Shown here piece by piece: positions 1-14,086 of a stretch of 64,000 nucleotides of DNA. The stretch's first letter is position 1. Each line of letters opens with the position of its first letter. The notes below the pieces were generated by a model. It had not been told where the DNA came from, made no database searches, and saw only the letters and a program-made list of their open reading frames with translations. The translations under genes were made by a program, and so were the position numbers. The DNA is taken from positions 75,330,001-75,394,000 of the forward strand of contig OX597831.1 of NCBI GenBank assembly GCA_951406725.2. Reading direction: 5' to 3'. Origin of the DNA: Octopus vulgaris (lineage: Eukaryota).

Positions 1-410
1 AGGCAAAATTGCTGCGTTCCTTTCAAGCAGACCTCATGCAGGGGGCCTCCTGAAGGGAAAGTGGCTGAATTCCTTTCAAGTGTTGGTCCTCACGAAGGCA
101 ATGACCAAGGTCTTTGGCATTATGTTGTGCTTGAGAAGAAGACCCATCAAGCTGAGCAAAATTGCAGGTGTGGCAGATGCTGGCCTCATGCAAATTGGCA
201 CCCATGCCAGTGGCATGTAAACACATCCTGGTGTCATGCAAATGGCACTCGTGCCAGTGGCATGAGTGGTTGGCATTGGGAAGGGCATCCAATCATAGAA
301 AACCATGCAGAATCAGACTGGGCTCTGGTGTAGTCTTCCAGTGTGCCAGACCAATCAAACCGTCCAACCCATGCCAGTACGGACAACAGATGTTAAATGA
401 TGATGATGAA
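1..410 (+). mobile_element. RTE LINE 3' UTR/tail fragment (family B)
   Basis: Contains GGTTGGCATTGGGAAGGGCATCC...CCAACCCATGCCAG...TTAAATGATGATGATG. The same sequence follows RTE coding sequence at 3082-4045 and 53640-56818. Confidence 0.75.
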
Positions 411-635
411 ACTTTATGAAAGCCCATCATATACAGGTGTGTTTGTGTTTGTCTTACCTACACTGATTGACAACTAGTGTTGGTTTGTTTATGTCCCTGT
501 AACTTAGCAGTTCAGCAAAAGAGAGTGATAGAATAAGTAGCAGGCTTGGCAAAATTGGGGCCGATTTGCTCGACTAAAACCTTCAAGACAGTACCCCAGC
601 ATGGCCACAGTTTAATGACTGACACAAGTAAAAGA
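410..635 (+). mobile_element. SINE family A, 3' half, diverged
   Basis: Matches the 3' half of full copies such as 23678-24077, ending CCAGCATGGCCACAG..GACTGACACAAGTAAAAG. Confidence 0.7.
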
Positions 636-1494
636 TATATTTCTTTAGCAGGGAGTATGGACTAAACATTGCCATGGGCCAGGTATGAGCTGCAAACCAT
701 ATGTTTGACAGCCCAGCACTATGCTACCAACCTGATGCCAAAGAAACAAACACATACACAAACGAGTACATATACACAAACCTACTACCAAAAAATACAC
801 ACACAAACATACATACACTAAACTGCTACAAAAAAAGCACACACACACACACACACACAGAGAGGCATACACACACATATACACTAACCTGTTACAAAAT
901 ATATACTCTCACACTTGCTATAAAACATACATATGTACACATACACTGAAGCATACATAAACTCTAGCCTGAAGCTACACACACACACACACACAATATA
1001 TACACACAAACATACTCAAACAGATGTTTTTTTCAAAAACATAACAAAAAAAGAAATTATAAATTAACTGAAATGAAAAAAACAACAAAAAAACAAACAA
1101 AAACAATTCCAGATTTCTCTCGTTGAGTTACTAATTAGAGTTTTATTTATAAACTCTATAATATAGCCATGTATAAACACTTGATGTTTAAATCCAGCAC
1201 AGATCTAAACACGAGCATTGAGAAAGGAACATACTGCAGAAACTTTGCAGTGAAGACCAAAAATATGGGGGGAAGGGGGTAGTTTTTTTATTTATTTATT
1301 TAAAAAATAAACACACACACATATAAATAAATAACAAGGAAACAAAACAAGACAAGCACTTTAGTGGTTGTGTGTGATGTAAACTGACTTCAGATAAATA
1401 TACAAATTGAATCAGTGTGTTATTGGCAGCTTGGAAGATTATTTCATGATGTACAGTGAAGTAGTTATACCAAAAAATACAATTTTTTTTTTTT

Positions 1495-1661
1495 ATTCTT
1501 TTACTTGTTTCAGTCATTTGACTGCGGCCATGCTGGAGCACCACCTTTAGTTGAGCAAATTTACCCCAGGACTTATTCTTTGTAAGCCTAGTACTTATTC
1601 TATCGGCTTCTTTTGCCAAACTGCTTGTCAAGCGATGTTGGGGGGAACAAATACAGACACA

Positions 1662-1707
<46 letters not shown>

Positions 1708-1903
1708 CATATATATATATATACATACATACATACATACATATATATGACGGGATTCTTTCAGTTTCTGTCTACTAAATCCACTCACAAGGCTTTGGTC
1801 GGCCTGAGTCTATAGTGGAAGACACTTGCCCAAGGTGCCACACACTGGGACTGAACCCAGAACCATGTGATTGGGAAGCAAGCTATTTACCACGCAGCCA
1901 CTC
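1495..1903 (-). mobile_element. tRNA-derived SINE family A
   Basis: Reverse-complement copy with tRNA-like head (TGGCTGCGTGG...GGTTCAGTCCC), internal (TA)n and AGTAAAAG tail. Confidence 0.85.
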
Positions 1904-2150
1904 CATTGTATTTGTAGTGACAAAATATGAACTCCTATCGGAGTCTACATACTATGGACAAGAAGCATCTCTACCCATTCTACACACCACTTTCCTTGGA
2001 TAATGGAACGGCAACTAAAACATCCTACATATATTTTTATTTTTACTTCTATCATCTTATTTCCCTTTATACTTCTTATTTCCATCCATTTCCAAAATAA
2101 TTCCTCATATTGAACCCTACTATTTCCCTCTATTTAACCATCTCACAACA

Positions 2151-2196
2151 TCTCCGATGAAGAGATATCCCTAATATCCCAGAAACAGCTGTCAGA
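2151..2196 (+). ncRNA. Minimal type I hammerhead ribozyme motif (Penelope-like), one core substitution
   Basis: UCU-CCGAUGA-A-GAGAUA/UAUCCC-A-GAAAC-AGCU-GUC^AGA. Helix I UCU/AGA, palindromic helix III loop, core U4 replaced by C. Confidence 0.6.
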
Positions 2197-2469
2197 CTAA
2201 CTTTCTCTTTATAAATGTCCTGAAAATTCCACACAGCCTTGGCTTTGTTGCCTCATTTTATTTAACACACATATATATACATATGTGTGTGTATATATAT
2301 ATATATATATGGTTGGTGTTAGGAAGGGCATCCAGCTGTAGAAACACTGCCAGATCAGACAGGAGCCTGGTGCAGCCTCCTGTCGAACCATCCAACCCAT
2401 GCTAGCATGGAAAACGGATGTTAAACGATGATGGTATATATATATATATATATATCACTTAGGCGTTGC

Positions 2470-2695
2470 AATACTAATAACCTGGCAGAGAACTCTATAT
2501 GTACGCTTCTGAACGAAGAGTAATAAGAACAGAAATGACAAAGGAATAAAACAATTATTTTATGAACTTCATTAGCTTACAGCTGTTTCCATGATAAGAT
2601 GCGGTGGACTCATGGTTGAGTGCCTGAAAAAGACATTACACTTCATGTTTATGGCTCTGACAAAACTCTAAAGTCTTACTCAGGCACTCAACTAT
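2470..2695 (-). mobile_element. Degenerate Penelope-like terminal repeat (same family as 52735-52922)
   Basis: Aligns by eye with 52735-52900 and retains GAAACAGCTGTAAGC on the minus strand but not CTGATGA. Short inverted copy TTACTCAGGCACTCAACTAT near 2676-2695. Confidence 0.5.
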
Positions 2696-2904
2696 ACACA
2701 CACATATATGCAGAAATGCTGGAGGAAGGATGATCTCAGGATGTGTAGACTCACAAAGGTGACAACAAAGAACCACAACAAGTGGAGAGACTGTGTTGAA
2801 ACAGATTTGTCCAACCCATGTCAGCATGGGAAAGCAGAAATTAAAAATAAGGATGTATCAGACAAAGCAGGCACCGTCATGCCTGTGAGTTTGATAAGTT
2901 CACT

Positions 2905-3020
2905 CTGAAGATAACAAGCTTAGATTTGATTCAATTTGCTTTTGTGCAAAGAAAAGGTGCCACTGACATTCTTTTCTTAGTGAGACAACTTCAGGAGAAT
3001 TTAACCTCTATAGCTAGCAT
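2905..3020 (+). mobile_element. RTE reverse transcriptase fragment
   Basis: Translates to LDLIQFAFVQRKGATDILFLVRQLQE, matching QFGFVPGRSTTDAIFLVRQAQE of the RTE at 55058-55705. Confidence 0.6.
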
Positions 3021-3044
3021 TTAATAATGGCTTACCATTTCTAT

Positions 3045-3081
<37 letters not shown>

Positions 3082-3084
<3 letters not shown>

Positions 3085-4045
3085 GGCAAAGTTCAGGGAG
3101 ATCCTACCCTTGATGGCAACAAAGGGTCACTCTCTCAGAGTGAAAGGCAGATTGTTTGATGCCTGTGTGTGAACAGCTGTGCTGCATGGCAGTGAAACAT
3201 GGGCTGAAACAGCCGAGGACATGCGTAGATTTGAGAGAAATTAAACCAGTATGCTTCGCTGGATGTGCAATGTCAGTGTGCATGTTTGACAGAGTGTAAG
3301 CATCATGAGAGAAAAGTTAGGCATAAGAGGAATCAGATGTGGTGTGCAAGAGAGACAACTGTGCTAGTATGGTCATGTGATGTATATGGATGAGAACAGC
3401 TGTGTAAAGAAGTGCTGCTCTCTAGCTGTGGAGGGGACCTGCGGTAGAGATAGACTCAGGAAACATGGGACAAGGTGGTGAAGCATAATCTTCAGACTTT
3501 GAGCCTCACAGAAGCAATGACTGGTGACCAAGACCTTTGGTGATGTGCTGTGCTTGAGAGGACCCGTCAAGTCAAGTGCACCTGTGCAGGTGGCACATAA
3601 AGAACATCTTTTGAATGTTGTGCATCACAGAGGCAAAGTGGCTGAGTTCTTCTGGAGCATTTGGCCTCACGGAGGCAAAGTGAATGAATGAATGAATTTT
3701 TTTCGAGTGTTGGGCCTCACAGAGGCAATGACCAAGACCTTTGACATTATATCATGCTTGAGAAGAAGACCCATCAAGCCGAGCAAAATTGCAGTCATGG
3801 CAGATACCAGTATCACACAAAATGGCAGCTGTGCCAGTGCCACGTAAATGCACCCTGGTGTCATGCAAATGGCACCTGTGACAGTGGTATGTAAAAGCAA
3901 CTATTAGACTCTCAGACCAGTTGGCATTAGGAAGGGCACCCAGCTGTAGAAAACCATGCCAAATCAGACTGGAGTTTGGTGCAGCCTTCCAGCATGCCAG
4001 TCCAGTCAAACTGTCCAACACATGCCAGCATGGACAACAGATGTT
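3082..4045 (+). mobile_element. 5'-truncated RTE LINE, pseudogenised C-terminus plus 3' UTR
   Basis: KFREILPL...LHGSETW...MLRWMCNVS...YGHVM motifs with in-frame stops, followed by the family B UTR. Confidence 0.85.
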
Positions 4046-4289
4046 GTATAAAAGAAAGAAAGAAAGAATAGTTGTCAGAGCAGAATATATATATATATAT
4101 ATCTTCAGATAGATTAACAGAAAAAAAGGATTTTATATCTATCTATCTATCTATCTATATATATATATATATATAGTGGTCAGAGTAGAATCCAAGAAAT
4201 GAAATATCTTAATTGTTTACAAGGATTGTTATTAGAAGTTATTGAGAGCTTCTGTTACCTAGGTGACTAAATAAACTGTGGTGGTGGGT

Positions 4290-4780
4290 GGGTGGATGCT
4301 GTGTAAGTATATTAGCCAGAGAAGAGGACAGCTTGAACATGTTCAGGAAACTATTACCTCCATTGACAGCGAAGGGCTTCTTACAAACCATATAATACCT
4401 GCGTATGAAATGCGATATTGCATGGCAGCAAAACATTGATACTGAGTGGGGAGGATGTGAAAAGGACGGAAAGAAATGAGGTGAAACAAAATGAGGTGTC
4501 AACTTGCTTGAACGACGGAGGAGTACAAGTGTACCGAGAGAAAAACTTGACATGAGAAGTATTGGCAGCAGTATGCACAAGAAGACCGTGGCAGGGTGGA
4601 TATGTGATGCAAGTGAAGATCAGTATTAGGAAGAAAATGCAAGAAGTCTGCAGAAGAAGAAGAAGAAGAAGAAGGTCAAAGAAGACAGGGGCAGAAGTGG
4701 TGGGATCTAATCTCAGAAGGTTGAGCTTCACGAGAGAGATGATGAAAGCTTTGCAACAAGAGGAGAGACAATGATGACAT
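4290..4780 (+). mobile_element. Old degenerate RTE C-terminal fragment
   Basis: Degenerate similarity to other RTE copies (TTCAGGAAACTATTACCTCCATTGACAGCGAAGGGC; ATTGCATGGCAGC; AGAAATGA). Confidence 0.5.
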
Positions 4781-4845
4781 CGAACCACATACCCTATATC
4801 TATGGCCATGATGTGTGTATACACACAAACATAAGTAAAACTGTG

Positions 4846-4883
<38 letters not shown>

Positions 4884-5200
4884 AAGATGCATGGCTTAGT
4901 GGTTAGAGTATGTGACTCACAATCATAAAGTTGGGAGTTCAATCCCTGGCAATGCGTTGTATCCTTGAGCAAGACACTTTATTTCACGTTGCTCCAGCCC
5001 ACTCAGTTGGCAAAAATGAGTAGTACCTGTATTTCAAAGGGTTAGCCTAATCACGCCTTGTGTCACACTGAATCTCCCAGAGAACTAAGTTAAGGGTACA
5101 CGTGACTGTGGAGTGCTCAGCCACTTGCACGTTAATTTCACAAGCAAGCTGTTCTGTTGGTCATATCAGTTGGGACCTCGTCATCATAACCAACAGAGTG
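4884..5200 (+). mobile_element. tRNA-derived SINE family D
   Basis: A-box TGGCTTAGTGG, B-box GAGTTCAATCC, then TGTATCCTTGAGCAAGACACTTT. Closely similar copy at 56897-57212. Confidence 0.8.
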
Positions 5201-5202
5201 CT

Positions 5203-5241
<39 letters not shown>

Positions 5242-5261
5242 GTGTATACATATATTCTCTC

Positions 5262-5661
5262 TTTACTCTTTTATTTGTTTCAGTCATTTGACTGCGGCCA
5301 TGCTGGAGCACTGCCTTTAATCGAGCAACTCGACCCCGGGACTTATTCTTTTGAAAGCTCAGTACTTATTCTATCGGTCTCTTTTGCCGAACCGCTAAGT
5401 AACGGGGACGTAAACACACCAGCATCGGTTGTCAAGCAATGCTAGGGGGACAAACACAGACACACAAACACACACACGCATATATATATACATATATACG
5501 ACGGGCTTCTTTCAGTTTCCGTCTACCAAATCCACTCACAAGGCTTTGGTCGGCCCGAGGCTATAGTAGAAGACACTTGCCCAAGGTGCCGTGCAGTGGG
5601 ACTGAACCCTGAACCATGTGGTTGGTAAACAAGCTACTTACCACACAGCCACTGCTGCGCC
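5262..5661 (-). mobile_element. tRNA-derived SINE family A, full length
   Basis: Reverse complement of a GGCGCAG..GTGGCTGTGTGG head through the GACTGAAACAAATAAAAGAGTAAA tail. Confidence 0.9.
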
Positions 5662-7179
5662 TATGCATACAATTGTTATAAATACAATACAGATGCACAT
5701 GTAGATTTTCTAAATGGAAATTGTCTAAACTGTGTAATAGTCTGACACAATTCTATGAACCGGTGTCCATCCACTAATGGCTGATCACAGAAATTTACTT
5801 CAAGAAAATAGCGAGACGAGTGGGTGAGTGAGTGTCCTTTCTAAACATCCATATTGATGTTTGTCTACGACCATAACAGGGTGGGAGGAAGGTCAGGTGG
5901 AGGATGGGGTTAGATGGGTCGGCAAAGTGAAGTGGAAGAGCTACAACCATTACAAAAGGACATTTGCCATAAACCTAAGTAATCAAACAAAGAACATCTT
6001 AAGTTAATTTTTTTTTTATAGAGTAAACAAACAAACAATTGCTAGTCATGATATGTAAAAAGTAGGTGACTAGGAAGGTGTGAGGGTAGTGGTAGAGTAA
6101 ATGTGGTGGCAATTTTAGAAGTGGTCTGATCTGTTTAAGTATTCAATCTTGGTCACCAGTTTCTGTGTGTCATTTTCTCAGTGTCTATTCTCTTACCAAC
6201 TTAGCTAATATTACACAAACAGACAGACACATATGTTTATATATATATATTTATACACACCACAAAATATTCATTACATTAACACACACACATCTTAAAT
6301 CACCTCATTTAACGCACACAAAGCATTCACAAACTGCCGTCTAAATCACACCACCTCGGGTGGAACACGTGTTCATCATTCACTTTTACAGGACACCCAC
6401 AAAAATAAAATCTCATCTGAATAGATTTACCTATTTGCGTTTACCCTTAGTAATTTTATTCCATTTATATTTTCTTTCGGTTATAACAATAAGGACTGGG
6501 ACGGCAAGAGCTTCAGTGTTTCGAAACAGGAAGTTGTGATACCCTTCAAAAAAAGGCATTACTAGCAATGTAATAAGTGAAACAGGTAGAAAAAAAATAA
6601 TTAAATGGGTGGGTTGATGAGGAAATAATTTTGAAGCTAATACATATTTTTATTCGTCAACATAGTACTATTTAAATTATTGCTTAATGAGTTTCGGACA
6701 TAAGCATATGGGCTACACATTAGAATGGCGCATATGTTTAATTAAAACCTCATTATCTGACAGGTACTTTAACTCCAGGGTATAAAAAACTAAGTTGACT
6801 CGAGACAAATCCTTTAGCATTTAAACTGGCTATATCCAGCCCAAATAGTCTCCTTGTTTTATATTCAAACCGGTTAGATCTGCTTTCTCACATCTATGCT
6901 ATAATGTCATCTTAAAAAAACAAATCACATTATTGGATCTTGAAGCAACAAGATAATGTCTGATTAATTTTGTCAATTGTTTTACTGATTTTACCAGTCC
7001 ACTGTCCTTGATTTCTGATAGAAACCCAAGGTTATAGAGATGAGGCCCGGGGACAATAGATTATATAACTGTTGCATATTTTAGCCCACCGTGGAAGGAT
7101 GAAATCCACAGCAGGATTTGAACTTGGATAAAAACAGGAAACTGTCTGATATTTAACTACGTCCCAATAAACCCTAATA

Positions 7180-8250
7180 ATTGTTTCAAATTTTGACACA
7201 ATTTTAAGGGGAAGGGTTTTAGTTAATTCCATTACTTGACTGCTCTTTTGCTTTATCGACAGCAAATGGATAAAATATAGAGTTGACCTCAGTGATATTT
7301 GAACTCCGAATGTACAGGGCCAGGAGAAATGACACTAAACATTTTATCCAATGTACTAACAATTCAGCCAGATCACTGCCTTAATAATAATTCTTTCAAA
7401 TTTTGGTACAAGGCCAACAGTTTTATGGGATGTTTAGACACCGGGATTCATGCAATAATAACAATCTTTTCTACTGTAGGCACAAGGCCTGAAATTTTGG
7501 GGGTGGAGGTAAGTTGATTACATTGACCCTCAGTGTTTCACTGGTACTTAATTTAGCAACCCCAAAAGAATGAAAGGCACAGCTGATCTCAGCAGAATTT
7601 GAACTGTGAATGTAGCGATGGGTGAAATACTGCTAAGCATTTTGCCCGGTGTGCTAATGATTCAGCCAGCTCACTGCATTAATAATAATAATAATAATGG
7701 TTTCAAATTTTGGGGGAGGGGGTACATCGATTATATTGACTCCAGTGTATCACTGGTAATTTATCAACTCTGAAAGGATGAAAGGCAAAGTTGGCCTCAG
7801 TAGAATTTGAACTCAGAAAGTAGCCATGGGCAAAATACTGCTAAGCATTTTGCCCAGTGTGCTAACGATTCTGCCAGCTCACCGCCTTAATAATACTACT
7901 AGTAGTACAACTAATAATAAAAATAATATAATAATTATTTCAAATTTTTGCCACAAGGGCAGCTTAGGGGAGGTGAGGATGAGTTGATTACATTGACTCC
8001 AGTGTATCACTGGTAGCTATTTTATCGACCCTGAAAGGATGAAAGACAAAGTCGAACTTGGTGGAATTTGAACTAGCAATGGGCGAAATACCGCTAAGCA
8101 TTTCGTCCAGCATGCTACCGATTGTACTAGCTCACCACCTTACTAATGATAATAACAACAACAACAATAATAATAATGGTTCAAATTTTAGCACAAGGCC
8201 ACCAATGTCAGCGGAGCGGTTTAGTTAATTAGATCGACCCCAGTGTTCAA
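7180..8250 (-). mobile_element. Head-to-tail cluster of about five tRNA-derived SINE family C copies
   Basis: Repeated reverse complement of AAGGCGGTGAGCTGGCAGAATCGTTAGCA...GAGTTCAAATTC...CCTTTCATCCTTTCAGGGTCGATAAA, separated by (AAT)n. Confidence 0.8.
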
Positions 8251-8789
8251 TAGAAAAGTGGGGAGACTTCTCAGGAGTCACTGATTATTTATTCCAGGAG
8301 TCAGGGAACTGTCCATTATTGGAATAAAAACATCTCATCTTACAATTAGCAGGAATAATAATATTTTTTTTTCATACATTTCCAATATTCATTATCAATT
8401 AATTGCTACATACCAATATTGTGCAGACTGTGGGGTAAAATAAGTTCAAAGCCCATCAAGGTCAATATTGCCTTTTAACCTTCTGGGGACAATAAGATAA
8501 ATGCTGAGAACAATCTAATTGCTTTACAAAGCATTCTGCAGAATTTATGGCTTTGTAATTACATTAGGAAGCTCATGCCAAAAAATTGATCTAACCTCAA
8601 CAGGGCTGGCGAACCATGTAGGATTAAGACACTGAATAGAGAATTCAACAAAGGCTTGAAATAGCTTTTGAAGTCCCATATCTTTGAGAAAGGAAACATG
8701 TAAGGAAATGAAGACACAGGGATGTCGAAATGGAAAAGTGAAAGTTTTGAAAAAAAATTCGGTTCTTTTTTCAGAATTGTAGTATGATA

Positions 8790-9145
8790 GGCACGGGAGT
8801 AGCTGTGTGGTAAGAAGCTTGCTTCCCAATCACATGGTTCTGGGTTCAGTCCCAGTGCATGGCACCTTGGGCAAGTGCCTTCTACTATTGCCTCGGGCCA
8901 ACCAAAGCCTTGTGAGTGGATTTGGTGGACAGAAACGGAAAGAAGTCCGTCGTATATATACGTATGTATGTGTTTGTCACCCCACCATCACTTGACAACC
9001 GATGTTTATGTCCCCGTGACTGAGCGGTTCAGCAAAAAAGACCTATAGAATAAGTACTAGGCTTAGAAAGAATAAGTACTGGGGTCGCTTTGTTTGACTA
9101 AAGGCGGTGCTCCAGCATGAGCGCAATCGAATGACTGAAACAAGA
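8790..9145 (+). mobile_element. tRNA-derived SINE family A
   Basis: Head GGCACGGGAGTAGCTGTGTGG, B-box GGTTCAGTCCC, tail GGCGGTGCTCCAGCATG...GACTGAAACAAG. Confidence 0.85.
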
Positions 9146-9698
9146 ATTAAAAAATCATAAACAGAAGAAGACCCCACTATCCTTTATCCCTTTCTCATGA
9201 GGTATGGGACTTCGAAAGGCCAGCTATCTCAAAACTGTTGATAATTTGTCTTCGTAAACACTGGGTTCGTGGCAAGTGAAAAGAAAGCATCACCATCATC
9301 ATCATCATCATCATCACCGCCACATCATTAGTCAACAACAACATAGATTTAATTAATATTGTTAATGACGATGCATTAATGGCTTCTTCCTGTTAGTAGG
9401 TGAAGGTGAGGAGAAGCAGAGCAAATAAACCTTGCTCTAAATATATTACTGGTACGTATTTTTTATAGAACAGGGAAGCCAAATGATTGTGTAACGGTGA
9501 GAAATTGTGTGTGGGGGAGAGAGAGAGAGAGAGGACACACCCAGGAGGTTTGTAAGACGAAGAGTACGGCGCTGGGTAGCTAATGATAGAGAGGAAGGAA
9601 TAATAATAGTACATCAGTAGAATGATGGTGATGGTGGTGGTGGTGGTGATGGTGGTACGAGCCACGTGAGAGATGAAGTAAATATTGCGTTGTTTATA

Positions 9699-9827
9699 TT
9701 AGGTAGTGTATGACTGTAGTGATGCGGCGGAGGCGGTGGTGGTGGTAGGGGGGATGGTAGCGGAGGTGGGTAGCGATGGTAGGTCGTTGACTGGCAGACG
9801 GTCTATTTTAATGGAGGCGCGGAGTTC
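9699..9827 (-). CDS. Candidate second exon (ELRASIKIDRLPVNDLPSLPTSATIPPTTTTASAASLQSYTT*)
   Basis: Acceptor ATTTATATTTCAG|G at 9828/9827. Only phase 0 stays open, matching the phase-0 donor of exon 14027-14086. No homology recognised; may be 5' UTR/uORF. Confidence 0.25.
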   Translation of the reverse strand, partial: ELRASIKIDRLPVNDLPSLPTSATIPPTTTTASAASLQSYTT

Positions 9828-12039
9828 CTGAAATATAAATATCAACATCGCCCTCACACACACACACACACACGTCATCATCAGAGTCAGAAGCAACAAT
9901 CAGCATCATCACCAACACTGCCACACTACCAGCATCAACTACTCTAACACTAGCCAACGAAAGAGCCCCTAAGGTGGTTGCCCGCCTTGCTAGAAATAGA
10001 AACAAATCAACATGTCCCACCCACCTACACTCACCAACGTCACAGCAGAAGCACTGCCAACACCAACATCTCCAACAACACCATCCTCCTCCTCATCATC
10101 ATCATCAGCAGCAGCATCATCATCAACTACTCTAACTCTAACCAACGAATGAGTCTCTACGTGGTCGCTGACTTTGCTAGAAATGAAAGCCGAAGTGTCC
10201 CTTGATTCACAACCCCGTTAAATTGGAAATATAAATATATATTCCACGATAAACAATTACTGGGAAAATGATGAGGCGATTACGTTTAGAGTATCTTTGA
10301 TCATAGGTCTGCTCGATCGAGACCAGCCAAGGGTTAAACATCAACATCTTCAACATCAACCAAATTCTAAAATAAGATGCTACTACTGTAAGTTAACAGC
10401 CACCCTGAAGTAAAAACAATAAAGACGGGCACCCTAATAAGTTCACAATTATCTTGATCAACTTTATAGAAATTATTGTTGTTTACAACACTAAACTGAA
10501 GGAATAAATAATATACACATTAAGCCATTATACACACACACACACACACACACACACTAAGGCCAGGAAGATGCTTCGCAATGTTTTCGACAAAGCACAA
10601 GGTCACTTTTGTAAAGGGACAGGAGAGTTATACGTCGTAATCGAACAGACCCGTGTATATTACTGGTACTGTTAACAACAATAAGTATATTGATAATGAT
10701 TGTTAACACAACACAACAAAAGCGAACAACGAAGATGTTTGGTTTTACTGGTTCCAGAGGCTTCATCTCCGTCTCTTCCGACATCAAAGACTTCATCATA
10801 GTCGATGGGGGGGGGGGAGATTAGGGCACACAGAAAGACTTCCAGAATAAAATATGGCTCGAATAAATAAAATAATAGATGATGATGGTGATGTGGGACT
10901 ACTAAATTTTACAGAAAACACCTACGAGCAACCATAAAGAGCATATCAGTTGAAGTGTGTGTATACGTATACATTCATCCATACATACATACATACACAC
11001 AACCCACATCCACAGAGACAGCGAGGAAGAATACGTGTGTATGTATGTATATATATATACGTGTGTGTGTCTGTGTGTGTGTGTAACCGAATGCTATACT
11101 ACAGTAATATATGTAAACAAATACAAATCAAACAAATGAAATGAGGGATGCATTTGGAGGAAATTCCAAACCTGTATTCGTGAGTTCGATTCACGTTGCA
11201 TGGAAAAAACCACAATCTTTAGAGACCCTTAAATGTAACGTGTTTAGTGAGAGCAAAGAACTGGGATCGAAGTTAGTCCACTCATCGGGGGTTCGAGTTT
11301 TGGTCGCATTCATTACTTAACCCTTGGGAAATGCATGAACTTCACAACATACCATTTTTCCTTCTCTCTAAATAACACGACCATGTGTATAGTCAATACA
11401 TATTTACATACACACCTTTGACTAATTGCTTATAGTGTTACAGTGGTAACTTTTTCTTGGTGGTGGGGGGAGCGGTGGTGGTGACAAATTTAAATTATTC
11501 AAATATTACTGAGTTTCAATTAATCAAAAATCGTGCTTAATGAGTAATAATTTGTCCATATTATTATACACACACACACACGTATATATGTATACGTACA
11601 TATGCACGTATACGTACGTATATAAACATACGTACATTCATAGATACATACATGCGTGTGTACGCCTACATACACACGCATATACATACGTGCACATGCA
11701 TGTACACACGCATATACATACATATGTACACATCTATCCATCCATCCATCCATACAGCTATTCACACACGTGCTTATATTAACATATCCATCCATCGCAC
11801 ACAATCGCTCTGATTCATCCGGCCTCAGAATCATCACAGGGATATCCATCAAAGGGTGACCAGTTCCGTTGACCACCATCGACACCACCCCCATCCCCCA
11901 CCGTCCTCTAATTTTCTTCGTGGAAATAAAAAATAACTGAGAGAGAGAGAAAAGCAGCGATCAGACCATCTCCAAAGATATCTTCGATTCGACTGATGGG
12001 ACATGAATGTTGCGTCATTCATATATATAAATATATATA

Positions 12040-12600
<561 letters not shown>

Positions 12601-13015
12601 TGTGTGTGTTATAGCTACTCTTTCTGTGAAATCTACGAGTGCCTTTTCACTTTCCATTTCCAAGTTGAAAGGCTGTAAGTTAACATCGAGGAACAGATGA
12701 TAAACCAGAGATATATGGAAATACGCATTCAACAGCATTATACACACACACACACACATACACAATTTAGTATTAATAATCGGGGTAAAAGTGTACTCAA
12801 TACCATGGTAGGGATTGATGATATTTACTACTCCGAGTTCCACCTTGTAGGCACACAGGGACTTCAGGGAAATTGTGACTTGAAAAATTGATGGGGGTCA
12901 ACACATTTTGTATGTCAACACATTTTGTATTATTATTATATGTTTCTAGTCATAGGATGTGATGGTGGGGACAGAAATGTGTTAACCCCCCCCCCTTTGA
13001 TTTTTCCAGTCACAA

Positions 13016-13057
13016 CTTGCCTGAAGAGCCCACAGAGAGGAAACTCTGAGTAGCAAG
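13016..13057 (+). ncRNA. Type I hammerhead-like motif with degenerate helix II
   Basis: CUUGC-CUGAAGA-GCCCACAGAGAG-GAAA-CUCUGAG-UA^GCAAG. Perfect 5-bp helix I, canonical core, near-palindromic helix III, GUA site. Confidence 0.45.
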
Positions 13058-14026
13058 GGTCTAGCTCGACTAAACCTTCGTTTGTAGATTATTACACACA
13101 CACACACGCATGTAGTCAAAATATATGTATTACTATGCACTTTTATGGTGTTTGTCAACACATAAACCCTTGAGTAGTCAAGAGATACACACACACACAC
13201 ACACATATATATATACAGGCAGATAAACAGACACATATACACACACACACACACACATACACAGGCAGATAGACAGACACACACACATATATATATATAC
13301 ACAGGCAGATATATACACACACTCGTGTGGATATATAAATATGTATATATATATAAATAAACAGCATTTATTATTTTGAATTCGAACCCAGCAAACAGCA
13401 AAAGAAGATGATTACTAAGCAACAGCGAAAAAAGATGCAGAAAGATGGTTATTCTTTCTTTTTTTGAGTCTTTGCTGCTTGAAATATATTTCAAAAGACA
13501 AAAAAACTCGCAAGATTTTTTAATATATTTGTTGATGTTTTCTGAAAACATGGCTCGTTGCAGTGCGTGGCTATAAAACGGTGATCGGTTTCGGTATAGA
13601 GGACTATTGCGAATCGATCCCTCACTTCGTAGCCAAACTTGCCAGCGTTTTTCCCGAAAACCAACAGACATCCATGTTTGATGCCTCACAACAAACGATG
13701 AACGACCGACACCAAACACACAACACACGCTTATATTTACCCTCAAATTCATAAACCAGATCGGTTTTTTCTCTGATTTTCATTGATGGATTTCGAATAA
13801 CGAAAAATCCTCCCAGTATCAACGCCTTGAACGAACAAATTAAACAGATTCATCGCCAAGCGAATCGTCTTTCTCCCTAATTCCTGTCTACGAACGTTCA
13901 AACGTATGCAAACAAACACGTTAAATTCTCCTTAATTAATCAAAAAAACGAGTGAACTAAGATATCTAGGTAAATATACAATGTCTCCTTAAATATTTTC
14001 AATGAATTAGAATCATATTTGGTTAC

Positions 14027-14086
14027 CTGAAGAGGATGTAAAATCCCAAACAGTGCCAACGTCAACAAAGGAAGACGCACCGCCAT
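14027..14086 (-). CDS. Probable first coding exon encoding signal-peptide-like MAVRLPLLTLALFGILHPLQ
   Basis: ACAATGGCG Kozak-like start, 20 codons with a basic residue then a hydrophobic core, CAG|GTAACC donor. Lies in the main CpG-rich non-repetitive patch. Confidence 0.5.

Noticed and set aside
10557-10799. 80-aa minus-strand ORF with a hydrophobic segment
   Set aside because: No homology, convincing splice signals or other support.
12982-13752. 256-aa minus-strand ORF
   Set aside because: Much of it is microsatellite, with no recognisable domain; more likely intron or UTR.
14027-14056. CUGAAGA-GGAU..AUCC hammerhead-like start on +
   Set aside because: CAAA replaces GAAA, helix III is missing, and it is antisense to the candidate exon.
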